NCBI GenBank assembly: GCA_963674595.2
Contig: CAXXFV010000004.1
Coordinates: 192,001 to 256,000, forward strand
From: a bacterium
GTDB taxonomy: Bacteria; Zhuqueibacterota; Zhuqueibacteria; Residuimicrobiales; Krinioviventaceae
Reading direction: 5' to 3'
Length of the DNA stretch: 64,000 nucleotides
Below, one piece after another: positions 30,279 to 40,797 of this stretch. A program made the position numbers and the translations under genes. Position 1 is the first letter of the stretch; the number at the start of each line of letters is the position of its first letter. Under the pieces are notes generated by a model. That model saw only the letters and a list, made by a program, of their open reading frames with translations. It was not told the origin of the DNA and made no database searches.

Positions 30279-30842
30279 TTACAGATTATCAAGAACTCCT
30301 GTTTCCTTTGCTTCCAGCAAGGCATCTATATAGGGTTTGTATAACTTTCTGCAATGATAATCAGGCGGCAGGTATTTTTTATCCAGTAAAAATTCTCCAT
30401 CAACCTGATGTTCAATTGCCTTAAATAATGCGGATAAAGGGACCCATACATAAAATCCCCGTTCATTATAGATACCACCCTCCAACGAGGTATTAATAAT
30501 TTCAAAAACAGAAACATAATCAACAGGCACAAAAAATGTTACAAATTTTTCCTGTTCAACTTTACCATTTAATCGGTTTTCAATATGTTGAGATAAAAAA
30601 ACATTTTTTGTTTCTTCATGAAACTCCCGAACAGCTGTCTGTTCATTGGTTTCCCCGGGTACATGTTTTCCACCAAAACTCGCCCATCCCCTGTCTTTAA
30701 ATTGATGATCGGCAATCAGAATAAAAGTTTGACCACCGCTTTTAAAATAGGGAACAATTCCCGCATTTTTTTGGGCCAAACAGATATTAACTAAAGATAG
30801 CAGAATAAAAACAGACAGGATATAAGGCACATGTTTTTTCAT
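30279..30842 (-). CDS. NUDIX hydrolase with predicted signal peptide
   Basis: Nudix box GKHVPGETNEQTAVREFHEET. Hydrophobic N-terminus ending CLA-Q. Confidence 0.8.
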   Translation of the reverse strand: MKKHVPYILSVFILLSLVNICLAQKNAGIVPYFKSGGQTFILIADHQFKDRGWASFGGKHVPGETNEQTAVREFHEETKNVFLSQHIENRLNGKVEQEKFVTFFVPVDYVSVFEIINTSLEGGIYNERGFYVWVPLSALFKAIEHQVDGEFLLDKKYLPPDYHCRKLYKPYIDALLEAKETGVLDNL

Positions 30843-30909
30843 CAAAAACCTCGTGGTTTGTTATGAAGGATTTAAGGAAGATAATGGAGATGTGAATAAT
30901 TGTTTACAT

Positions 30910-30954
30910 AAAAAAAGCCCCAAAGACCTTAATCAAAACGATCTTTGAGGCTTT
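30910..30954 (-). terminator. intrinsic terminator
   Basis: Minus-strand hairpin AAAGCCTCAAAGATC...GGTCTTTGGGGCTTT followed by a T-run. Confidence 0.7.
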
Positions 30955-30967
30955 AAGTTAATAAAAA

Positions 30968-32317
30968 TTATTTAACCAGTAAACACTTTTGTGATAAAAT
31001 TTGGTTTGGGGTAACCAAACGATACAGATAAACACCGGAAGAAACTTTTTGATTCAGCATATTTGTTCCATCCCATGACATGGTGTGTAGACCTGTTGAC
31101 AGGCGTTGATTTTGGACCAAACTTTTAATTAAAACACCATTACTATTGTAAACATTTAAAGTTACAGTTTGATCGGAAGGTAACCGGAACTCGATGGTGG
31201 TTGTCGGATTAAAAGGATTGGGATAATTTCCTAAAGCATATGCCTGAGGAAGCTGTGCGTCGGGCCGGTCAGTGACCTCAACATTACGATCATAAGTATA
31301 AGTAGTTCGGTATACTTTAAGCCAGGAGTTTAAAAACCAGGTATAACCAATCTCTACACTGACCCAATTATCGTCATTATATGTGTATTCTGATTTTGTT
31401 CCTATAAAAACAACCCACTGAGTTCCATCCCACGTCGAATACATATATTCGGACTCATTTCCATGAGCATCATAGCTATATTCGTATTTGTAGCTATTGA
31501 CCCATTGAGAACCATTCCAGTCTTCAGTGAGCCACAATGTCCAATTCTGACTTGTTCCATCATAAGTAAACGTGTCACGAGCACTCTTTTGCCATGCAGA
31601 TCCGTCCCATAAAAAATAAGTGGTTACTCCCTGTCGGCCCTGAGCATCGTTTGTTGTTTCATAACGTTCGGTATTGACATAAGCAGCCCCATTCCACATT
31701 TGTACAACTTCTACTTCTTTACCGCCTTCTACAGAAAATGTTGTTTTGGACATTTGGCCCCATGCCTGAGTAACGGGATTCCACATTTCCGTGTACATTT
31801 CAGTAGTATTGCCGGACCCATCATAAACCACAGTGGTTTTACTACCTCCGATCATCGTTCCATTATCATACGAGCTGGAAGTCATGGTAACCGGCAAACC
31901 CTGAGCATTATAGGTGTTCAGCATTTCTAAAAAAAGTACCCAGGAACCGCTTTCATAACTATATTGTTTCATGGAAGATATTCCATTAGCCGAATTATAA
32001 GTAATTTCGGCTTTACCGTCATTTTGCCAGGCAGAACCATCCCATGATTTGGATAAAATCTGGGTTTGGTTACCATGGGCATCATAACTGTATTGCTCAA
32101 GCTCTGAGTTTACCCATGCATCACCAGTCCAATCTTCAGTCAAAGCTTCTTGTACGTAGCCCATTACATCAACACTGGGCATTTCGGCCTGAAACTCGGC
32201 AATTTTGTTTTTTAAGACTTCACTTGGCCTGATCTTGCGCTCAACGCTGTTTGCAGCAAAAATCATAGAGGATACAGTTAATGACAAGAGGACTGTTATT
32301 AACAATTTTCTTTTCAC
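30968..32317 (-). CDS. secreted Trp/Tyr-repeat protein with FlgD-Ig/T9SS type A-like sorting domain
   Basis: Signal peptide, about ten ~29-aa repeats (YDxxGN...WxGxxW), and GNYPNPFNP...WDGT..SSGVYLY C-terminus. GTG start after AGGAG. Confidence 0.85.
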   Translation of the reverse strand: MKRKLLITVLLSLTVSSMIFAANSVERKIRPSEVLKNKIAEFQAEMPSVDVMGYVQEALTEDWTGDAWVNSELEQYSYDAHGNQTQILSKSWDGSAWQNDGKAEITYNSANGISSMKQYSYESGSWVLFLEMLNTYNAQGLPVTMTSSSYDNGTMIGGSKTTVVYDGSGNTTEMYTEMWNPVTQAWGQMSKTTFSVEGGKEVEVVQMWNGAAYVNTERYETTNDAQGRQGVTTYFLWDGSAWQKSARDTFTYDGTSQNWTLWLTEDWNGSQWVNSYKYEYSYDAHGNESEYMYSTWDGTQWVVFIGTKSEYTYNDDNWVSVEIGYTWFLNSWLKVYRTTYTYDRNVEVTDRPDAQLPQAYALGNYPNPFNPTTTIEFRLPSDQTVTLNVYNSNGVLIKSLVQNQRLSTGLHTMSWDGTNMLNQKVSSGVYLYRLVTPNQILSQKCLLVK

Positions 32318-32430
32318 GTTTCTCTCCTATTTAGATTTATTAGACTAACTTGTGTCAGATATTCCAATCGATCAAATCAGTGCTTTGAATAAAAAGGTTT
32401 TTTATTCTTACCTTATTACTCAAATTGATC

Positions 32431-33153
32431 TCATTCATCAAAAGCCATACCGGTTTTCCAGATTTTCCAAACATTGCCGACCAGGTCAGGACCGGGTTTT
32501 AGGGTCATTTTTCCTGGTTTCCAACCGGAAGGCGTTGCTTCGGAACCCTTACTGTTTCGAACAAGCTGAAACGCCTGTATCTGTCTTAAGGATTCGTTCA
32601 CGTTACGTCCAACCGGTGGTGTTAAAACCTCATACCCCTGCACAACACCATCCGGATCAATGATGAACCGGCCTCTTGTTTCCACACCTGCATTCTCATC
32701 ATAAATCCCATATACAGTTCCAACCTTACCACCGGCATCAGAAAGCATAGGATATGGAATGCCGCCTGAAACCATTTTTGACAACTCGTGGTCATTCCAC
32801 ATTTTATGAACAAACACACTATCGATGCTCATTGACAATACCTGAACACCCAATTTTTGAAATTCTGGAAATTTTTCAGCAACTGCTGATACTTCGGTTG
32901 CTCAGACGAATGTAAAATCACCGGGATAAAAACATAATACAACCCATTTGCCAAGATAGTCGGACAATTTAACATTAATAAATTTTCCTTGATGATAGGC
33001 AGGGGCTGAAAAATCCGGAGCTTTTTGACCAACTTTGATCATTTTGGTTACCTCCACAATTGGTTTTTCATTATTTTCAGGTGGGTTAGTAATTGGCTCA
33101 CCAACAGGCCCTCCTGTTGGACGTGCACATCCGGCTTTGATTTCTTCTCCCAT
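32431..33153 (-). CDS. prxU: selenocysteine-containing peroxiredoxin (AhpC/TSA family)
   Basis: ORFs 32902-33153 and 32431-32853 share one frame and are joined by a TGA at 32904-32902. This reads [14 protein letters not shown] at the peroxidatic Cys position; 240 aa in total. Confidence 0.92.
32876..32901 (-). promoter_or_regulatory. putative bacterial SECIS hairpin
   Basis: mRNA hairpin UCAGC-AGUU-GCUGA begins 12 nt after the UGA. Alternative pairing GCAAC/GUUGC. Confidence 0.55.
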
Positions 33154-33323
33154 ACTAAATCTCCCAGGGTTTTATGAAATCAGCAATCAAAAAAATTTAT
33201 ACAGCGAGTCTATTTTTCGCTTAATAATTTAATATAAAGGTTAAAATTCCAATTTTCAACTGATTTTTGAAATTTTACTCTTTATTTAACACTGGATAAA
33301 ATAACCTTTTCCAAACCTTTTGT

Positions 33324-33339
33324 TGTGATACATTTCACA
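33324..33339. promoter_or_regulatory. CRP/FNR- or Rex-like palindrome upstream of prxU
   Basis: TGTGA-TACATT-TCACA, about 170 nt upstream of the prxU start. Confidence 0.5.
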
Positions 33340-33368
33340 GTTTAAAAAAGAAAAGTCTATCTTTAATT

Positions 33369-34751
33369 TTATTTTAACAATATACACTGCCGTGAAAACA
33401 ATTGATTTGCAACCTGAAGGCGATAAATATATATGCCGCTTGGCATATTTTGTCCGTTATTATCAGTTCCGTTCCAAACATATTTATATAAACCTGAAGA
33501 TAAAAAATCCTGATCAAACAAAGTTTTTATTTCCTGGCCGCTTATATTAAAAATCCGCAAAGAAACCGGATTAGGTGACAATAATTGAAATGAGATTGTA
33601 GTTTGTGGATTAAACGGGTTGGGATAATTTGATAATTCAAATGTTTGCGGTACGTTGGAATCTTTTGTAACAGAAACAGTATGACCATAGGTATAACTTG
33701 TACGCTGAAATTTTTTCCAATCGTTATCAGTAAACTGGTAACAAACCTCATTACTCAGGCAGGCCATCCCGTCATAACAGCATTCTGTTTTTGTGCCGCC
33801 TGCAAGCTGCCATGCACCATCATTCCACAGATATTCCGTAGATTCGATACATTTTCCCTGAGCATTATAATTTTTATTCAAGCTGTCGACATTGGTCCAA
33901 CTATTATCCTGCCATTGCTGCACACATTTTTCCGTTAACCGGGCCATGTCGTTATATTTATAAGTATAATGACGACAGTTGGTCCATTCTCCGTTTTGTT
34001 TTATAAACAACGTTTTATTTACAGGGTCTGAAAAGGTATTCAACTCTGAAACATGTTTTTCCAAATCAACATATTCGCCGTTTACCCATTCCTGAACAAG
34101 TTCTTCCCGCATATTTTCATCATTCATTGAGAACAAGGAACGAAAAGCATTTTGCCATTCTGTCTGACCGGCATACATATAATCAGTCTTCCATTCTACA
34201 AGGAATCCATCTTGATAGCTTATTGTATATTTGGCGCCCAATGTCAATTCACCTGTATCAACGTCAAACTTTACAATAATCCATTCTTTATAGCGGCCAT
34301 CGGGAACGTATTGATATGTTTCCTGCTGTGTAAGGGCCATGGCATCTTTATCAGGTTGATATGTATACAATGACTGCATAATCAGTTTATTTTGATAATT
34401 ATATACGTAAACCTTTTTCTGATCAACCTGCCACTGATCACCGTCCCACTTTTTTATCGTTATTTCTATGGCATTATCATTTGCATCATATTCATACTGT
34501 AACAGCCGTTTTTTCTCCCAATCAACATCATTCCAGATTTCTTCCATGCTTCGCTGCAAATGATTATTAACTGCTTCATTGAGCATAAAATCAAGTTCAC
34601 TTGAATTTTCCGATAAATGACCCGACCGTAGTGTGTTATCATTTGAATTAATTAAATCTGTTAAATCAGGTCGATTTTGACCGGAAAAAACAAAACCACA
34701 TAAAGACAAAAGTAACAAAATTGACCATTTGCAGGTTTTGTATGAGTACAT
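33369..34751 (-). CDS. secreted Trp/Tyr-repeat protein with FlgD-Ig/T9SS type A-like sorting domain (paralog of 30968-32317)
   Basis: Same ~29-aa repeat and an SNYPNPFNP...WNGT..PSGIYIY C-terminus. ATG at 34751 after GGGAGG. Confidence 0.85.
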   Translation of the reverse strand: MYSYKTCKWSILLLLSLCGFVFSGQNRPDLTDLINSNDNTLRSGHLSENSSELDFMLNEAVNNHLQRSMEEIWNDVDWEKKRLLQYEYDANDNAIEITIKKWDGDQWQVDQKKVYVYNYQNKLIMQSLYTYQPDKDAMALTQQETYQYVPDGRYKEWIIVKFDVDTGELTLGAKYTISYQDGFLVEWKTDYMYAGQTEWQNAFRSLFSMNDENMREELVQEWVNGEYVDLEKHVSELNTFSDPVNKTLFIKQNGEWTNCRHYTYKYNDMARLTEKCVQQWQDNSWTNVDSLNKNYNAQGKCIESTEYLWNDGAWQLAGGTKTECCYDGMACLSNEVCYQFTDNDWKKFQRTSYTYGHTVSVTKDSNVPQTFELSNYPNPFNPQTTISFQLLSPNPVSLRIFNISGQEIKTLFDQDFLSSGLYKYVWNGTDNNGQNMPSGIYIYRLQVANQLFSRQCILLK

Positions 34752-34950
34752 GATAATTCCTCCCAAATATAAAAGGCAATCAAATGAAACAGATGTTTAT
34801 CTGTTCAATATGATTAATTTAAAGATCCCTGGATGCAAAATTTATAAAGTCAAACTGGACAGGTGAATCTCCCAACACGCTGTAATTATATAAAAACGTA
34901 TAAAGAAAATAAAAAAAAAGCAACAAAAAATTAATATTTTTAAAAATATT

Positions 34951-35931
34951 TTAAAACCAACTCTTTTCTTTATACCATGCAACAGTCTGTTTAAACCCGT
35001 TTTCAATCGTCATATTCGGCTGAAAGCCGAGCTCCTTATTTGCTTTGAGGTTACTACACAACCAGGAATCCTGTTTCATTTCACGGACTTTATCCCGGTT
35101 TAACAAAGCAGGTTTATCCTTTATTTTTGAAAAAAAAATATTAATCCATGATACAGCATCAAGAAGCAGGAATGGTACAAATAGGGGTAAAAAATATTTA
35201 TCAAGAGACGCTGCCATACACTTGCCAATTTTCATCAAAGTATATTCTTCATCTCCTGACATGTAAAAAATCTCTCCGTTGCCCTTTTCGGAGCCGGAAG
35301 CCAGCAAGAGTCCCTCAACCAAATCAAAAACATGAATCATGCTGAGCCTTTGCCTTCCAAATCCGGGTACGGGGAAAATACCTTTTTGCACGTTTTTAAA
35401 CATGACAAAAATATCTTTATCACGCGGTCCGTATACGGACGGAGGTCTTATTATTGTCACTGGTCTGTATTGACCGTGTTCAATAACGGCTTTTTCCGCT
35501 TCCAGCTTTGATCGCCCGTATAAAGATATGGGATGCGGTACATCCAACTCTGTTCGGGGCTGTCCGCTCAAACTCGGGCCTCCGGCTGCCTGACTAGAAA
35601 CATAGACAAATTTCTGATGTTGAGGTCCATATTTTAAACAAGCATCCAGCAAATTGACGGTTGCCTGACAATTACCGTTAAAATAATCCTGAGGATCTTT
35701 AGCCTTTGTAACACCTCCCAGGTGAAAAACAAGGTCAACATTTTTAACAGCTTTAACTAAAGATTCAGGATGTAATAATTCCCCATAAAAATATTCAATG
35801 TCCAAATCCTTCAACCATGTCAGATCACTTGTTTGGCGAACAAGACACCGAACATTATAGTCCCTCTCTAGACATTTTTCCACCAGGAAACTACCGATAA
35901 ATCCGTTACTTCCTGTTATCAACACCTGCAA
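34951..35931 (-). CDS. NAD-dependent epimerase/dehydratase (extended SDR)
   Basis: TGSNGFIG, YGRSK and RPPSVYGPRD motifs. Confidence 0.9.
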   Translation of the reverse strand: MQVLITGSNGFIGSFLVEKCLERDYNVRCLVRQTSDLTWLKDLDIEYFYGELLHPESLVKAVKNVDLVFHLGGVTKAKDPQDYFNGNCQATVNLLDACLKYGPQHQKFVYVSSQAAGGPSLSGQPRTELDVPHPISLYGRSKLEAEKAVIEHGQYRPVTIIRPPSVYGPRDKDIFVMFKNVQKGIFPVPGFGRQRLSMIHVFDLVEGLLLASGSEKGNGEIFYMSGDEEYTLMKIGKCMAASLDKYFLPLFVPFLLLDAVSWINIFFSKIKDKPALLNRDKVREMKQDSWLCSNLKANKELGFQPNMTIENGFKQTVAWYKEKSWF

Positions 35932-35964
35932 AGCAATTCTCCATTAATCCATACTCATTACATA

Positions 35965-36930
35965 TTACATCTTTTCAGGAAACCAGCCTGTTAAAAAATC
36001 TCTTAAAGAACCCTGATAAACCGCCTTTGCTAAAAATTCAGTACCTTGCTGGTCCCCCCAGGAATAGCTGATAATCAATTCTCCTTTATACTCGCACATA
36101 TCGATATCGGAATTGTTAATATTTCTGGCTTTAACAACGAATTCAATTTGTTGGGGAGTTAAAGATGAATTTGCAATTAATTTATCATCCTGAGAAGCAC
36201 GCAACACCGGATTTAGCGGGCTTTGTTCCCAATTTATCAGGTCCTTTGAACGGACAACACGGGTTTCATATCCCTCTCTGTTCTCCAAATAAAAATTATA
36301 AAAATAACCATCCAGATAACGTAAACAATGCGGCGCACTGTAGCGTTCTTTTGTATAGGTGCACTCCGGCGGCGTCAACTCCCAGTTTCGAAGATCAGTA
36401 GAAACAGCAAATCGGGCGGTAAAACGATTACCGGCAATTTCAGGCGGTTTTCCCACTTCAAACATGAGCACGTATTGGCTGTCCGCTTTACAAAGAGATG
36501 TATTAAACAAACCATATCCCGGTAAAGTCAAAGCATTCCAGGAGGTCCATGTTTTCATATCGGTTGTAACAAACATGTCGATTTTTTCGCCATCCCAAAT
36601 ATCCGTTCCGATAGCGTATAACGAATCACCTTCGACAAAAGCACTGCCTAAATGGTAGCCATGTGCGAACGCGTCAGAAACCTGGCCTGTTTTATAGTCT
36701 ACAAAACGAAAATAGGAATCACCGGTATCATTCTGCTTATATTTCGGACGAACATATTCAAATCGGTAAAGAGTATTTTTAAAAACAACCGGTGTTGCCT
36801 CAACCAGGTCACAATCTATGGTTCCTAACTTTTTAATAAAAGGCCGGCCAAGTTCATCAGTTGGGGGAGTGTTGCTCACACACGATAAAAAAATAACGGT
36901 TAAAGTAAGGAAAATAAAAGTTATTTTCAT
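35965..36930 (-). CDS. lipoprotein, probable beta-propeller glycoside hydrolase-like
   Basis: Lipobox FLSC. Repeated T/SxDLxxW blade motifs (TTDMKTW, STDLRNW, SKDLINW) and NPVL. Confidence 0.6.
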   Translation of the reverse strand: MKITFIFLTLTVIFLSCVSNTPPTDELGRPFIKKLGTIDCDLVEATPVVFKNTLYRFEYVRPKYKQNDTGDSYFRFVDYKTGQVSDAFAHGYHLGSAFVEGDSLYAIGTDIWDGEKIDMFVTTDMKTWTSWNALTLPGYGLFNTSLCKADSQYVLMFEVGKPPEIAGNRFTARFAVSTDLRNWELTPPECTYTKERYSAPHCLRYLDGYFYNFYLENREGYETRVVRSKDLINWEQSPLNPVLRASQDDKLIANSSLTPQQIEFVVKARNINNSDIDMCEYKGELIISYSWGDQQGTEFLAKAVYQGSLRDFLTGWFPEKM

Positions 36931-37031
36931 TATGCATCCTCGCCAGATTTAAAACATTTTACATTTTAATAATATTAATTATACGCTGAATTATTGAATT
37001 AATCAAGTACGGATAATCAGCACGGTTTAAT

Positions 37032-37065
37032 AAAAAAGGCAAAGTATTAAATATACTTTGCCTTT
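37032..37065 (-). terminator. intrinsic terminator
   Basis: AAAGGCAAAGTAT-TAAAT-ATACTTTGCCTTT with an A-run on the left (T-run on the minus strand). Confidence 0.8.
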
Positions 37066-37089
37066 AATTACATTGCTAAACCAAAAACT

Positions 37090-39351
37090 TTATTTTAAAT
37101 AAAGCGCCTGTAAAGTTTGCTGCCAAATTGAGGTTTGTAACCGAATGAAATATATACCACTGGCAACCTGTTCACCCTGTTGATCTAAACCGTCCCATTT
37201 TACACTATGTTTCCCGGCAGACAGATCTTGCTGCATAAGGGTTTTTACCAGACGACCGCTAATATCATAAACCGTTACTTTAGTAAAAGACTTTTCAGGA
37301 ACATCAAACTCAATAACAGTGGACCCGTTAAACGGATTTGGATAATTTTGATATAGCTTAAAATCCTTTGGTATCAAATTTTGATTTACATCCTCATCCA
37401 CATCTGTTGTGTTTTTGTCACTCTGTAAATAATCTATAATTTCTCCCTGACGATTTATGGCGCTTAACATCATGGTTTTATCATTCAGATCGACACGTAC
37501 ATAATGATGCTGATTTATCCAAACAGATACATGCTCATAATCATAAGCATGAATACCCTCTTCCAAAGGGGCACCACCACCACCGGCAATAATATAATAA
37601 ACGCCGTTTAAATATCCGCGTTCATAATCGTGAGTATGCCCGTTAAACACCATATCAACCCCATATTGTTCAAAAAGCGGTACAAGGTATGTCTGAACAC
37701 TGGTTTCTCCGGGATACCCGGGCCATCCTTCGCTCCAGGGTGGTTTATGGAAAATAATAACCGTCCACATGGTCTCGCTGCGCATTTCAGATTGCAGGTC
37801 CTGGACCAACCACTCATATTGTGCACTGCCCGGAGAGTAAGGCCAATCTGTATCCAGTGAAATAAAATGTCCGTTACCATAATTAAAAGAATAATATCTT
37901 TCCGTACTATCAGGATTATTATATGGCAAGTTAAATGAGGCAAGATAGGTTTGTGAATGATCGTAAGCATTATCATGATTTCCGATACAGGGAAAAATAG
38001 TCTTGTTCTTTAAAATATCCTTATAAGGTTGATAATAAACAAGATCATACTCTTCACCACGATGCTGATTAACATCACCTGAATGAAGTCCAAAATCACA
38101 ATCAGTTTCCAGTAAAAGTGCCGCTATATCTCTTTGTGCCTCACTGCTGCCGAATCCTTCATAGGGACTGGAATCACTGATAACAAAAAAGCTGACATTT
38201 TCCTCGGAAGAAGGTTTTGCAGAATAAAAGTGTTCGACCTTAGAAAGAGAGTCTCCGTTCCATACTTTATAGAAATATTTTGTATGAGGTTCAAGATTCG
38301 TAATTTTCGCTTTATGTTCGCTCTTTGTCGTCAGGTCTTCAATGACATTCGTACATTCTTTTGTTGTTCCCCAATACAAAACAGAGGGTTGTTGGGTCAA
38401 TGTATTCCATTGTACGATAATTGATGATGTTGTCGGACATTCCACATGCGGATACCGGGCAAAACCATCCAGGCCTTCCGGTTTTTCAATATTATAATAT
38501 AATCCATATTCACCTGTCGGAGGGTGATTTTCATTTAAAACCAGGTCTTCATTAGCTATTGAATTATAATAGCTTCTAACACAAACATAATAAACACCGG
38601 TTACAGAGAAAAGACCTTTTAAACTGGAAAATGTACAATTGACAGTTCCGCTTGGTGTATCAACATTCCCAAGATCATCATTTTCCATAACAATTTGACC
38701 GGAAGCATTGTATAAAGTGATATATGTATCCGTATCCCTGGGATGAAGGTCTAAAATCGGCATTGTACCGATTTCAAAATAATTACCTGCCGTACCTTCT
38801 ATTTTATAATAATCAAAATCATTTGCCGGGTAAATCGCGCCATAAAGGGTATCACCCATTGCAAGTGGCTGAACGCTTCCGGATTCAATTTTTGTATTGT
38901 CCGGTTCATGAATTAAAAGGGAATCCGTTCCACGACCTCCGGCAAATCGAAATTTATACTGCCCGGTCTCGTTGTCTGCTTCAAAAACTCTGGCATAATA
39001 AACACCAGAGTTGTATGGCACATATCCGGATAACCGAAAATTGTTATTTCCATTTCTGCCGGCTACAGAAGATTGTAACAAATTTGTACTGGAAGCCTGA
39101 TTATATAAATTTAAATCAGGCTTCAAACCGGAACTATTTTCGACACTTGTCAGATAATACATTTTATCCAGTTCAAGCTCGATTTTAAAATAATCCTGAT
39201 CTGTTGTTGTATGAAAGGATGCTTCTATTGTCTGCCCAACAGAAACAGGATTTGCAAATAATTTATCATTATTAGGTTCTGTCTCACTCGTTTGAGACTG
39301 TAAAAAGCTTGTAGAAAATAATATAACCGCAAGCACCATCAATTTTCTCAT
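37090..39351 (-). CDS. secreted metallophosphoesterase (PPC domains + Fn3/PAP-N + calcineurin-like) with FlgD-Ig sorting domain
   Basis: ETEPNND and DQDYF PPC motifs; GDVN, GNHD, HKPPW and GHTHDYER; QNYPNPFN C-terminal domain. Confidence 0.85.
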   Translation of the reverse strand: MRKLMVLAVILFSTSFLQSQTSETEPNNDKLFANPVSVGQTIEASFHTTTDQDYFKIELELDKMYYLTSVENSSGLKPDLNLYNQASSTNLLQSSVAGRNGNNNFRLSGYVPYNSGVYYARVFEADNETGQYKFRFAGGRGTDSLLIHEPDNTKIESGSVQPLAMGDTLYGAIYPANDFDYYKIEGTAGNYFEIGTMPILDLHPRDTDTYITLYNASGQIVMENDDLGNVDTPSGTVNCTFSSLKGLFSVTGVYYVCVRSYYNSIANEDLVLNENHPPTGEYGLYYNIEKPEGLDGFARYPHVECPTTSSIIVQWNTLTQQPSVLYWGTTKECTNVIEDLTTKSEHKAKITNLEPHTKYFYKVWNGDSLSKVEHFYSAKPSSEENVSFFVISDSSPYEGFGSSEAQRDIAALLLETDCDFGLHSGDVNQHRGEEYDLVYYQPYKDILKNKTIFPCIGNHDNAYDHSQTYLASFNLPYNNPDSTERYYSFNYGNGHFISLDTDWPYSPGSAQYEWLVQDLQSEMRSETMWTVIIFHKPPWSEGWPGYPGETSVQTYLVPLFEQYGVDMVFNGHTHDYERGYLNGVYYIIAGGGGAPLEEGIHAYDYEHVSVWINQHHYVRVDLNDKTMMLSAINRQGEIIDYLQSDKNTTDVDEDVNQNLIPKDFKLYQNYPNPFNGSTVIEFDVPEKSFTKVTVYDISGRLVKTLMQQDLSAGKHSVKWDGLDQQGEQVASGIYFIRLQTSIWQQTLQALYLK

Positions 39352-39420
39352 ATCCTGGCTCCATGTATACAATTTTTAAAAATATCACGATATAGTCAAA
39401 TAAACACTATTAATACAATA

Positions 39421-40782
39421 TTATTCCACAAGCTCCAAAACTAAAGTAGCCGGTAAATCATTTGTTTTTATATTTATCTGAACAGTATCTCCTTTTTCAT
39501 TCAACGTTAACATTTTATCTTTGTTTTCCAAAGAATAAGCTGTAGTTATAGTATTTTTGCTCACCGGTATGGTTATTATGTTATTTTTCGGACTTTTAAA
39601 AACATGAACATAAAGCTTGTTTCCTTTTTTTGTATACCGGCCCCATTCGGGTTTTTCAAACGGGCTTGCCTGGGTTGCATAAACTGATTCACCATTTACT
39701 GCCATCCATTCACCGATCTGCTGCAGTCTTTCAATACTGGCCTGCGGGATTAATCCTTCAGATGTCGGACCGACATTCAGTAGATAATTTCCTCCCTTGG
39801 AGGCAATGTCTACAAGATTTTCTAAAAGTGTTTTTGTCGACTTCCAATTTTCATCAAAATATTTGAATCCCCAGGTATCATTCATTGTCATACAGCTTTC
39901 CCAGTCCATACCGGGAATACCCGTATCCGGAATTTCCTGTTCGGGCGTTCCAAAATCACCTGCGTACTCGCTACTTTTACTCAAGCCCGCCATACCGTCG
40001 CGTCCTTTTCCAACTCTGTTGTTGATAATAATATCCGGTTTTAAAGAACGAACATAATTATACAAGTCTTTTCCATCCTCTTCAGTCCACCAGTCTACCC
40101 ATTCACCATCAAACCATAAAACGGCCGGATCGTAATTTGTAACCAGTTCAGCAAGCTGTGCCTTTAAATAGGTGACATATTCCTGTTTTTTACCCTCTTT
40201 CATCTTGTTACTGCCATAGCCCTCAGGTCTGTGAGCTTCTTCAGGGTCCACCCATTGGGCCGGATGGTGCCAGTCCAAAATAGAATGATAAACACAAAAT
40301 TTAAGGCCCTGTTTTTTACACTCCCGGCTTAATGGCGCCAATAAATCTTTGCCATAGGGTGTGGAATCAACAACATCAAAATCAGATACTTTGGAATCCC
40401 ACAATGCAAAACCATCATGATGTTTTGATGTTATGACAATATATTTCATACCGGCATTTTTTGCCAGCTTGACCCATTCTTCTGCATTAAATTTTACCGG
40501 ATTAAAATCCTTGGCAAATTTTTCATACTCATCTCCGGGAATATTTAAATGGGCACGTATCCATTCACCAATCCCCTCATCTCTTTGGCCGTTATATTCA
40601 CCAGCCGGAACGGAATAAATTCCCCAATGAATAAACATGCCAAAACGTGCATCTCTCCACCACTGCATTCGCTGGTCCCGTTGTTCTTTTGTTTCATTTA
40701 AATAATTGACTTTAGTGTTCTTGGCACATGAGATAAAAAGTGAACTTGTAAAAAACATTAAAATAAACATAACTCGAAACAT
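39421..40782 (-). CDS. alpha-L-fucosidase (GH29), lipoprotein
   Basis: [27 protein letters not shown] and NYLLNVGP motifs. Lipobox FISC. Confidence 0.94.
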   Translation of the reverse strand: MFRVMFILMFFTSSLFISCAKNTKVNYLNETKEQRDQRMQWWRDARFGMFIHWGIYSVPAGEYNGQRDEGIGEWIRAHLNIPGDEYEKFAKDFNPVKFNAEEWVKLAKNAGMKYIVITSKHHDGFALWDSKVSDFDVVDSTPYGKDLLAPLSRECKKQGLKFCVYHSILDWHHPAQWVDPEEAHRPEGYGSNKMKEGKKQEYVTYLKAQLAELVTNYDPAVLWFDGEWVDWWTEEDGKDLYNYVRSLKPDIIINNRVGKGRDGMAGLSKSSEYAGDFGTPEQEIPDTGIPGMDWESCMTMNDTWGFKYFDENWKSTKTLLENLVDIASKGGNYLLNVGPTSEGLIPQASIERLQQIGEWMAVNGESVYATQASPFEKPEWGRYTKKGNKLYVHVFKSPKNNIITIPVSKNTITTAYSLENKDKMLTLNEKGDTVQINIKTNDLPATLVLELVE

Positions 40783-40797
40783 AGGGCCTCCTAAGGG

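Noticed and set aside
32431-33153. Peroxiredoxin pseudogene with a nonsense mutation
   Set aside because: The stop is TGA exactly at the catalytic Cys position, with a downstream hairpin and intact flanks. Selenocysteine explains it better.
30968-34751. RHS/YD polymorphic toxins
   Set aside because: The YDxxGN repeats are YD-like, but there is no RHS core or DPxG cleavage motif, toxin tip or immunity gene. The C-termini are sorting domains.
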